From Octopus sinensis (Eukaryota): 64,000 bases of DNA. The position numbers and the translations under genes are program-made. The DNA lies in contig NC_043002.1 of NCBI RefSeq assembly GCF_006345805.1, positions 77,252,001 through 77,316,000 of the forward strand, written 5' to 3'. Numbering within the stretch: position 1 is the stretch's first letter; every line of letters begins with the position of its first letter. The notes below the pieces were generated by a model. It was not told the origin of the DNA, searched no databases, and saw nothing but the letters and a program-made list of their open reading frames with translations. Of the stretch, positions 1 through 9,768 are shown piece after piece.

Positions 1-2
1 TG

Positions 3-104
3 CCAAAACTGCTTTCAGCTGCCGAAAAAGACACTTGGGTTTCAGTTGCACAAGATCTCCTTGATTGTGTTGAGAATGAAGAAAACTTTTTGAAAACTTT
101 GTGT
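3..104 (+). mobile_element. Mariner transposase internal fragment (pseudogene)
   Basis: Frame 3 reads PKLLSAAEKDTWVSVAQDLLDCVENEENFLKTL, matching the mariner segment between the WVPHEL-like linker and the first catalytic D (typically ...DENFLKTIITGDE). Confidence 0.8.
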
Positions 105-372
105 AGGACTCTGAGCAGGAATCACCAAGCTTTTGGCAAAATTTGATGCAGATTCTCTGCTCAACTTTCTCTGTCATGGTCAATGCAATGATCACACGTT
201 ACACACCTTCCTTCCAAGCACTGCTGTAAACAGTGGATATGAGCTAGAACATTAAAACTTCGCACACATGCACAGCAGAGTTCAAAGTCAATCTTTGCCA
301 AGTGGCTTCACTCTGCATGCTTTAGCTTCGTTACTATGGCAACAGTTCAGATACATATTGATCAGACCACAT
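105..372 (-). mobile_element. Mariner 5' end (TIR, leader and transposase N-terminus), inverted relative to 3-104
   Basis: The minus strand reads TA-TGTGGTCTGATCAATATGTATCTGAACTG (TIR-like), then ATG at 177 giving MTEKVEQRICIKFCQKLGDSCSES, a typical mariner HTH start. Confidence 0.8.
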
Positions 373-774
373 ATAGGTTGTAGGCCTATTCTTTTCTCAT
401 TTAAGATAAACTTTTGATTAGAGTTAGGGTTGCTGTTTTCACATTACCAATTTGTCAAGCATGACACTTTAACTTCTTAACTTCTATCCCTAACCAAATC
501 TCGTGAGACTGTATTACCTTATACAAATTATTTAAGGAAGTATCCTCAAAGCCATTCTTTAATCTCTCGAACATATTTACTAAAGCAAAGGAATTAAAAA
601 GTTTCAAAGCACTTTGTATGGAAGGAGAAATACAAGACTTGTTGAGCTGATTAAATCATTGTTAATACAAGTCCTTACATTAAATATCTCAAAATTGGCT
701 TTCCATTAGAAAAATCTGTTTTTGTTTAAGCGAAACATGATATGCGTAAGCTGATTAAACTTCTAAACATATTA

Positions 775-1110
775 TAATGTATGTATGTATGTATGTTGTA
801 TGTATGTATGTATGTATGTATGTATGTATGTATGTATCTATATATGTATGTATGTATATATGTACGTACGTACGTATGTACGCATGCATGTATGTACGCA
901 TGCATGTATGTATGTATGTATTTATGTACATATGCATGTATGTACACATGTATGTATGTATGTATGTATATATGTATGCATGTATGTATGTACGTATGCA
1001 TGTATGTATGCATGTGTGTGAGTCTATGTGTGTGTAGATAGGTATGTATGTGTGTTTGTATGTATGTATGTGTGTGTGTGTCTGTATGAGTGTGTGTGTG
1101 TGTGTATTCA
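775..1110. repeat. (TATG)n/(TG)n compound microsatellite
   Basis: Direct inspection; it is the source of the MYVC/HTYI ORFs in the track. Confidence 0.95.
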
Positions 1111-2124
1111 TGTGCACAAGGGTGTATGTTATTTCTTTTTTTTTTTAATTATTTGAATTCTTCCTGTAGAGAAAGAACTGATTTCTAACAAATAAGCAAA
1201 GTTCCATCACAAAAATTTTTAAAAAACAGCAATGGTGAAAATTTACATGCCAAATTTCAGAAAAATTTTGCATATTTTTAACTATTTAGCTTGCAGATAG
1301 TATTTGCAAAGTATTCGTTAGTTGGTCAATTTCTTTGCCTGAAAATCTCTCCGTTTTGAAATTATTGCTTAGACATTTAGAAACTGTGCTAAATGTATCA
1401 ATAATTATAGGTATGAATATGAATATATGATCTAGTTAAAGAAATTGTAGGTTTTGAAGCGGTCCATAAATATTCTCTGTCTCAGTGATTTCAAAAGAAA
1501 TTATCATGTGAGCGGGGTGGCTGACCTCTATCATTCTATAATTGTATATAATCTTATCTTTTCTGTATCCATATACATATGCGTGTGTGTGTGCGTATGT
1601 GTGTGTGTGTGCATGTGTGTGTGTGGCGAGGGTGGAGTTGAAACACACACACTAAGTTGATGTGTGTGTATTTGCTGCTTTTATATTAGTATAGATTGAA
1701 TGTTCCGATCGTGTATTATGCTTGCAAATGCCAAAGGTATAAGTCATTCATCATCATTATTATCATTTGACATCTGGTGTATATGTGCATACACACACAC
1801 GTGTGCACACACACACACACACACATACACACACATACTTGTGCTTGTGTGTACATACAAATCTGTGTGTGGATGCATGTATGTGTACATGTATACATAG
1901 GTATATGTTTGTATATTTACATGTATGTAGACATTCATACATGTGCATTCTGTTCTCAGCATCATGCAGAGAGCTTTCCCTTCACACAATTCCGCAGCAA
2001 AATTGGTGCATAAACAAAACGCATGCATGATGCATGTGCAACCGATAATGTTTGCATCACTAGAGCTGCTTTTAATTTGTAATTTATCTTCCTAGTAGTA
2101 CGATTTTCCCCACTCCTTTTTCAG

Positions 2125-2159
2125 TTTAAAGGAAGATGAGAGCTGGGGAGATAAAAGTG
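2125..2159 (+). other. Probable upstream exon (35 nt) of the + strand gene
   Basis: Strong acceptor TTTTCCCCACTCCTTTTTCAG| at 2124 and donor GTG|GTGAGC at 2160. It contains an ATG at 2136. No transcript evidence. Confidence 0.5.
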
Positions 2160-2192
2160 GTGAGCAGGGTTCCTATATCAAATTAGGCAATG

Positions 2193-2407
2193 TACAAGAG
2201 GGTGCCAAAAAATCCCTGGCTTTAAGAGCATTGCAAAAGCCCTGGTTGAAGCACCAACTTTCTGAGTTAGGGCTTTGAAAAACTGAAGGACTGCTTCAAT
2301 AAGTGTATGAATCTGGGAGGGAAATATTTTGAATAAAATCATAATTCATTGATCCACCTGTATTTTCTTTTACCCAAAGCCAGGAACGTTTTCACCACGC
2401 CCTCGTA
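2193..2407 (+). mobile_element. Mariner-derived MITE (~215 bp)
   Basis: Imperfect ~30-bp TIRs (TACAAGAGGGTGCCAAAAAATCCCTGGCTTT / AAAGCCAGGAACGTTTTCACCACGCCCTCGTA) with TA ends. The interior retains a transposase C-terminus, GFEKLKDCFNKCMNLGGKYFE*. Confidence 0.8.
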
Positions 2408-2680
2408 ATAAAGATTTATTTCTTGTATATGACACGTACAAACATCAATCTCCTTGCTAAAACTGGAAAGATAGATGATATCAAGATTACAAATTTGAAC
2501 TCACCTACTGGATATTTTGGGGATTTAAAACCTCTCTTAAGTATAAAAATATAAACAAACGTCCTCATACCCACACACACCATATATTAGTGTTTTGAAG
2601 TAATTAATGAAAACAATAAGCGAAAAACAAGATTTATAAATGAAAACAATTAGTTGATTGGCAGAAATGACAGGACTGTT

Positions 2681-2808
2681 AGAGCATGGAACGAAATGCT
2701 TTGTGGTGTTTAGTTCCATCCTATTAAGTTCTGAGTTCAAATCCAGTAGAGGTCAACATACCCTTTCATCATTCTGCAATCAATAAAATAGAATACCAGT
2801 CAAATACT
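2681..2808 (+). mobile_element. Decayed SINE, family B
   Basis: CTGAGTTCAAATCC...GAGGTCAAC...CCTTTCATC...ATAAAATAGAATACCAGT matches the family B copies at 33711 and 57058. Confidence 0.65.
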
Positions 2809-3045
2809 AAAGGCCAATTTATTCAATTTGATATGGGTGTTTACCAGGCTCTTCAAACAAAAAGCTGTATATAAATCTTCTTAATGTTACTTGTACTTTA
2901 AAGTAGATGAAGGTATTGAACCCCAATGGTTACTGTATTGTGGAGTAGTAACCCCAGATATTGTTAGATTTGAAGACATACTGATGGAACAATGTCACAT
3001 AAATCTTATCATTTGCAGGACATGTGCTTTGTCTGTTCATTGTGC

Positions 3046-3266
3046 CATTATATCATAGTTTTCTTTATATCATAAGTTTCTTCAGTGTCATAAGATTGCT
3101 GTATATTGTAAATTTCTACTATGTCATAAGTTTCCTCTATATCATAAGTTTCTACTGTGACATAAGTTTTCTTCATGATGTAAATTTCCTCTATATCATA
3201 AGTTCCCAATATATCATAAGTTATAAATTCCCACCATGTCATAAGTTTTCTCTGCATTATAGGTTT
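3046..3266. repeat. 18-bp minisatellite, ~12 diverged units (consensus ~TATCATAAGTTTCCTCTA)
   Basis: Units split cleanly every 18 nt, with one longer unit. The minus strand reads as (E)ETYDI repeats. Confidence 0.85.
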
Positions 3267-3448
3267 ACTCAGACTAAGGTAATAGAATTCTAGTACTTTT
3301 TTGAGTACTACAGGCAACATTTTTAAAACCCAAGTACAAATGCAGTCATTAGCATATTTAATTATGTTAATATTGAGATGGATTAGTAGAGTCATTACAG
3401 TGTCAAACAAAATATATTACAATATTCAGTTTTGATGCTTTACATAGT

Positions 3449-3861
3449 AACTCTTTTACTCTTTTACTTGTTTCAGTCATTTGACTGCGGCCATGCTGGA
3501 GCACCGCCTTTAGTTGAGCAAATTGACCCCGGGACTTATTCTTTGTAAGCCCAGTACTTATTCTATCGGTCTCTTTTGCCAAACCGCTAAGTGACCCCAG
3601 GACGTAAACACACCAGCATCGGTTGTCAAGCAATGCTAGAGGGACAAACATACACACAAACATATACACACACATACATATATACATATACATATATACG
3701 ACAGGCTTCTTTCAGTTTCCGTCTACCAAATCCACTCACAAGGCTTTGGTCGGCCCAAGGCTATAGCAGAAGACACTTGCCCAAGATGCCATGCAGTGGG
3801 ACTGAACCCGGAACTATGTGGTTGGTTAGCAAGCTACTTACCACACATCCACTCCTGCGCC
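3449..3861 (-). mobile_element. Composite tRNA/CORE-type SINE, family A (full length)
   Basis: Head GGCGCAGGAGTGG(A/C)TGTGTGGTAAGTAGCTTGC...GGTTCAGTCCCACTG; CORE-like GGCATCTTGGGCAAGTGTCTT; central microsatellite; second module ending GTAAAAGAGT. At least 8 near-complete copies are in the window. Octopus OR2 is a described CORE-SINE, but identity with it is not verified. Confidence 0.85.
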
Positions 3862-4099
3862 TAAAAGTTCAAATCAAACCAAAATCTATTCTGCCTTTCA
3901 TCCTTGCAAGGTTGATAACATAAATGCCTGTCATTTATTTGACAATACCCCTACCCCAAAGTCTGTAGCCTTACACCAAAGTTAGAAATCCATATTTGTT
4001 TCTAAGGGCAACACAAAAGCTCTCTGAACTCAAACAGTCAGTGTCTCTTAATATAAAGCATTAATTCCAACTTTACTTTTACAAGCATTTCCTATAGAT

Positions 4100-4420
4100 C
4101 ATCAGCATCATCATCATTGTTTAACATCCATTTTCCATGCTAGCACAGGTTGGACGGTTCGACCGAGGTCTGGGAAGCCAGGAGGCTGCACCAGGCTCCA
4201 GTCTGATCTGACAGTGTTTCTACAGCTGGATGCCTTTCCTAATGCCAACCACTCCGTGAGTGTAGTGGGTGCTTTTTATGTGTCACCGGCACAAGTGCCA
4301 GGTGGGGCTGGCAGCGGCCACGATTTTTTACATGCCACTGGCAGAGAAGCCAGTCAAGACGATGCTGGCATCGGCCATGTTTGGATGGTGCTTTTTATGT
4401 GCCACCGGCACAGGTATCAC
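4100..4420 (-). mobile_element. 3' end of RTE-like LINE (3' UTR with internal tandem units and (GAT)n tail)
   Basis: The minus strand has GGTTGGCATTAGGAAAGGCATCCAGCTGTAGAAAC...GCTAGCATGGAAAATGGATGTTAAACAATGATGATG, preceded by ~3 GCAC(A/G)TAAAAAGCACC units. The same family joins an RTE-like ORF C-terminus at 23290-23380 and 52490-52540. Confidence 0.8.
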
Positions 4421-5395
4421 AACTACAATTCCATTTGATAAATTCCTTAAATTGGCACGAAGTAACAGACTGAGTGAATTCATTACTGTATTTATCTGCT
4501 AAAAATATTTTATTAATTCTGAAATGATTAGCATGCAAGGTCTTCCTTGATAGGATTTGAACCAAATATTATAAAGCAATTAGTGTGGGTCTTTGTCATT
4601 TCTGTCATAAGGATAATTTCTGTATCTCTAACGAGGTTGATTTCTCGCAAAAGCATGATACTTCAAACATAGCAGAAAGAAATTAGGAAAATATGACATT
4701 AGTGTCTGCTCCAGGAACAATAAAGTAGTGACAATCAATACTCCAAACCAGGTCACATAAATATTGGTTCAATGAGAATGCACTGTTGCAATAGAAACTT
4801 TAATTACTAGAGATATAATATAAACTACTTAACTAATTTGATGTTCAGAAGATACTTACTGACAACATTTTTTAAAGTACTATGTAATCAGAAGTTTCCC
4901 ATTTCTTGTTATTTTTACAAGTAGTCTTGTATATGAAGTAGAGAGAAAAACACTCCATAAAAATAGATAAATCACTCAATTATGGGTAAGAGTGAAAAAT
5001 ATAGTCGTGACACAAACACAGAAAGTCACTTCATATGAAACTTTGTCTATATCATGTTTTATTTGTGAGTTATAGTAATTTGTTTGAAAAACAAGGAATA
5101 ACTTTTAGACGTTTATAAACAAAAAAATTCTGAATGCAATGTGTAGATCTAATTCATAGAAAAATCTAGATGAAAGGAAATTCTTAAGAAAATTCTTAAG
5201 TTGCTAGAATATATTGACTGAAAATACATCTGGTTTGTTATTTTTATTTCTTTTTACATTTAATCTGTATTTTTATTTATCTGTTTATTTATTTTTTTCA
5301 TTTTTCTCATTATTTCAAAATTTTATTTCTTTTTTTGTTTGTTCTGATTTCTGTTTCTAGTCTCATCCACACATCACATATCTTCATTCTTTCAG

Positions 5396-5471
5396 GCATG
5401 TAACATTTATGGAGAAGACATGGCTAGCAGAATTTAAATTACACTGAAAATACACATACAAACCAATTAAA
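5396..5471 (+). promoter_or_regulatory. 5' leader with three upstream ATGs (5398 ATG-TAA; 5409 MEKTWLAEFKLH*; 5420 MASRI*)
   Basis: Read directly from the sequence between the acceptor at 5395 and the main ATG. Confidence 0.6.
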
Positions 5472-7149
5472 ATGGCAAGCAGTGGTCCTCCATCTGTTTT
5501 GGACAGACGCTCCCCTCATCCAGACAGTAAACTTGTTGTCGATAGGATTACTCGTCGACGAAGTCCCGTACGTGCCAATAAAGGACCATGCAATGATGAA
5601 GTACACTCGCGCATCGCACAACCATACCGAACCAGCTTTTCTGCAGTTGTTTCTCTTCCACGTGTACGGAAGACATCAAATGAAGTTCTTGCAGCAAACC
5701 TTGCTCTAGAAAGATCTCGTTCTGATCAAGGTAGTGTCAGCTCAAAGAGTTCTCGTCGAGGTATTAGCCCTCGACATGTGAGATATGATGACAACGTACA
5801 AGTTAGACATTCAGATACTGAAGACAGTTTAATGACCAGTCTCAGTGGTCAAGAATCTAGTTATAGTCCTCTTGAATCTCCACGAGACAGCTCTGATATA
5901 TTATCTCCAATTTCTGCAATGTCATCAGAATCAGACAAAAGTTGTCCACAACTAATTGTTCCCTCAACTGGAACACTAACAAATAAACCTATTCACCAAG
6001 AAACTTTAAGAGGAATCCGTAAGGGCTGTGAAAACAATACGCTCCACCCAGGGGACAGATTAACCCCAAATAACAGTGTAAGCTTTCTACCCTCTGAATC
6101 TTCAGTACATGGTGGAGATTCAGGAGTTAGTACAGATGTTGACAGTCAACGAGAAAAAACCAGCAAATTGAATATAAATAAAGATTATGTTTATGATCGA
6201 ACTATCAGTTATCGCATGGCAATCCAAGCACAGTATTCTGATGAAGTAAAAAGACTTGCTGAAGCCAAAGTTGTTGAGAAAGCTCCTGAAGAAGAAGCCG
6301 AAGTTTCAAATCCTGAACTGAAAAAGAGCGAGGTTTGTGCTCAATCATCTTTACCTTCCTCGCAGTCAAATGACTCCCAAAAATCTACTTCTCAAGGTGC
6401 AGAACCTAAACGCAATGATGCACATTTCTTGAGTCATGCCAAGAAATCTCTAAGTACTAGCATGGGAAACTTTTTCCGGCGTCTCTCACCAAATGTGAGG
6501 AGGCGAACAAAACATCACAAGAGAAACTCATCAACAGAAGGGAGCGCACAAAGCTTAAACACAAGTGATTCATGTTCTATTGAAAGTGACCCTTCGGGAC
6601 ATCCTGTCCACCGTTCGAATAGCAAGAGCAGGCGATCATTCATGAAATTCTTTGGAAAAATTCATCATCGAAATAAATCTCACAGCTTAAGATCTGTAGG
6701 GGATCGCAAACCATCGAAAGATGATTTGGAATGCTCACAGTCTCAAGACATCAAACAGTTTGATCCCTCTACTCAACGGATTCTCAAATCTATTGAACAG
6801 AACTCTATGTCAGATAAAACTATTTATCAAAAATTCAAAGCAAAACAACCTTCAAATCACACAGCAGATGCTGGTAACAAAAGTCAGGCTGTAAGGCCAC
6901 TGCAAGCAACAAGCAAAACATTGAATAACAGTCCTTCTGGAGCAAATCAAAAGAACAAAGAGAATGAACTAAAGGCAATGTCCCTTCCTTTGAAACCATC
7001 TCTTGCTGAAGAGAATGAACTCGAAGCCAATGTGAGTCCACAGAGCAATGCTAGCACAGCTGGAGCCGCTTCATCTGTTTACGCAACTTCCTCTCTCTCA
7101 GATCAGAACCAGTCTATAGATGATTTTTCATTGGCTGTTCACACACCAG
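5472..7149 (+). CDS. Large coding exon (559 aa, phase-1 end) of an uncharacterised Ser/Arg-rich, probably intrinsically disordered protein
   Basis: A 1.7-kb ORF in non-repetitive sequence. Acceptor TCTTCATTCTTTCAG| at 5395, in-frame TGA at 5445 upstream of ATG 5472, canonical donor CAG|GTAAGT at 7150. Many basophilic kinase-type motifs (RRRS, RKTS, RRLS, KRNSS, RSNS, RKPS). No recognisable folded domain, so no gene name is given. Confidence 0.85.
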
Positions 7150-7187
7150 GTAAGTGTAGTGCAATATTTGCAATCTGTGCACCGCAA

Positions 7188-7267
7188 ACTTCTATTCTCA
7201 CATACTTCTGTTCTCACATACTTCTGTTCTCATAGACTTCTATTCTCACATATTTCTTTTCTTACAT
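7188..7267 (+). repeat. 16-bp pyrimidine-rich minisatellite (ACTTCT(A/G)TTCTCACAT) x5
   Basis: Units start at 7188, 7204, 7220, 7236 and 7252, beginning 38 nt into the intron. Confidence 0.9.
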
Positions 7268-7956
7268 ACATACATTTTTATTACTCACAACAGTTGTTTT
7301 GTTATATACATAAATTATTTTTTCTAAATATCACAGAAAATATTTGAAGTAACAAAGTTTGCTGCTTATCATTTATCTAATTATAATTTATTTCAATCAT
7401 ACAGAGCTGTAAAAATAACCAACTCAGTTGTTGTTGTTGTTGGTTAGCTTGAGCAGACATGATTAAAGAGTATTCCAGCCTTGAACATCCTACATTTTTA
7501 GGGACATATAAGATTACATTGTCCAATATGTATTTTGCTTTAGAGGGGATTTCAAAGGATTTAGTGGTTATTTCTAACAGACCAAAGACCATGAAGAGAC
7601 TTCTTGTTGACTTACAGCCAACTCAGTCCATGATACTAGGTTTTATTACTCTCAATAAGTATCAATAATATACATGAAATTACAGTTTTGTCATAGACAA
7701 AAATTAAGCACTTTGCTCTTAGATACAAGGAAACAATGCTACAGGTTTTCCATTTTGTCTTTGAGCAAAACACTTAATAGACATCTTGGTTATCTATTTC
7801 TCAGGAATAGTAATCTGTAAAGAGTAATCTTTCATTTGCTTTATGTCTCAGAAACAAGAGTTAAACACTAGCCCTGGGTAGCCTGAGTTAGTTCTTGAAA
7901 AGATTAAATATTATCATCATGTTTGTTCACTCTATATATGTGTGTGTATATATATC

Positions 7957-8272
7957 AAGGCACATGGCTCAGTGGTTAGAGCATCGAGCTTACAATCACA
8001 AAGTTGTGAGTTCAAATCCCGGACCAGGCTGCGTGTTGTGTTCTTGAGCAAGACACTTTATTTCACGTTGCTCCAGTTCACTCAGCTGTAGAAATGAGTT
8101 GTGACATCACAGCCTTTGCCTTTCCCTTGGATAGCAATGGTGGAATGGAAAGGGGAGGCTGGTATGCAGGGGCGACTGCTGGTCTTCCATAAACAACCTT
8201 GCCCAGACTTGTGCCTGGGAGGGTAACTTTCTAGGTGCAATCCTATGGTCAGTCATGACCGAAGGGGTTCTC
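7957..8272 (+). mobile_element. tRNA-derived CORE-like SINE, family C
   Basis: A box TGGCTCAGTGG, B box GAGTTCAAATCCC, CORE-like GTGTTCTTGAGCAAGACACTTTA...CTCAGCTGTAGAAATG. Confidence 0.8.
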
Positions 8273-8299
8273 AGCTCAGCATATATATCTTTATACGTC

Positions 8300-8353
<54 letters not shown>

Positions 8354-9768
8354 ATGGGATAGTTATGGCTGGAATGTCTTTGCTCATAGGTCTGCTTAAT
8401 CGGAACAACAGCAATTACCGCAACTTTATATTCATATCAAAAGTTCTGCATCTCATCTCAGTTTTTGTTTTCCTAACATTTGGGAACATATTTTAAGGGA
8501 GTTGTTTTGTTGGATTTTTATTTTTCTTGTTAGAATATAATTCTTTTTAAAATTTATAGCTATCTAATGGTAATTTAGACCATTTAAAAAAAATATCTAT
8601 GACTTTTTAACAACTGATGTTTTGAGTGATAAATTTGCTTCCCAAACTAAACACCAGAAACATTGAGATATCATTTAACTTTCTGACAAACATTAATGCA
8701 AGTTCAGATTCATACATTCTGTTCATTATTTCATCATTTTGCATCCATTTTTCCATGTTCTCATCCTTGCATTGGTTAAGCTTTTCTTTCAGTTTTTTAA
8801 AAAGAATTTTCCATAATTTTATCATTGTCTAACCCATCTGTTAATGCTATTATTATCACCTTTATTTATCATAACAAGCCTGGTAAGAAAATAGATTTAT
8901 ATTTTGGGTATGAATTTTTATGGAATTTTCAACAAAAGTATATTAGTTGGAGTTGTCAGTCCTGAAAAATATTTTAAAGTTGTTATGTCATGTGTGAAGG
9001 ATATTGAAGTGTTGGTGTCTTTACAAATATTAAAAACAAGAAGAACTACTAAAAAAGTGCTATCAAAGTAATTGCAGATGCTTGATAATCCAGGAATTCT
9101 TAATCTTTTTGTCTATACAATGTGATTTCTTCCATTTATTCTTTTATTGAAAAGAAAAAATTTTAGTACTATTGCCAGTGACAATTTACAAAGAAGATAG
9201 TAAGTAAATGTGCGAGTCTTCGGTTATACTTTCTAGATCAGCATCACAATATTGCCATCTTGCTGTCTTCAAATTCAATCTGTTAGATAAAAACAAAAGC
9301 ATGTTGTATAATTAGCTCTCTATTGATGGTCTGTCTCATCTCCTATCAACATTATTTACACTTGACCATTTTTTTTTTAATATCCATATATATTTCTAAA
9401 ACATTAATTTTGAATTAGAGAAAATTTCTTCTTTACTCATATGAAAACTATTCACTCCAATAACACATTGATATCATACAGCCAGAACTATCCCATTCTT
9501 GTTATTTCATTTTTACAAATAGTTGCATATATATGAAATGGAGAGTAAAGATCACTCTATCAGAAAAGAAAAGAAATACCATACAAAGACAGGTCAGAGG
9601 CATAGCCATGTTCTAAAGTTAGTGGGAGAAAGCACATAAAAAAAGGTGCCAGGACACATATCAAACAATTTTAACTCACTTCTCTTATATTATACAAAAT
9701 ATTTCATTAGTTATAATGTAAGTAATTGCATTCTACATTCAGTTATTTCATGTTTTCAATAACAATTT

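Noticed and set aside
726-2030. Many 60-120 aa ORFs (MYVC/HTYI/CVCV repeats), with equivalents near 12.3, 19.6, 29.1-29.9, 34.8, 47.7-48.1 and 51.1 kb
   Set aside because: They are translations of (TATG)n, (TA)n and (TG)n microsatellites that lack stop codons; there is no coding signal.
3591-3923. Recurrent ORFs with RWASFSFRLPNPLTRLWSAQGYSRRHLPK-like peptides (also 11384, 15821, 22296, 39917, 50048)
   Set aside because: All coincide with family A SINE copies; the peptide similarity just reflects the repeat.
5418-5431. 14-mer ACATGGCTAGCAGA shared between the leader of the large exon and ~56107-56120
   Set aside because: A single short match with no flanking similarity is compatible with chance in 64 kb.
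8600-9290. Minus-strand acceptor-like sites (~8882, ~9282) with short open frames (KVIIIALTDGLDND; LNLKTARWQYCDADLESITEDSHIYLLSSL*)
   Set aside because: Stops occur within ~60-95 nt in all frames, no matching donor was found and no family is recognisable.
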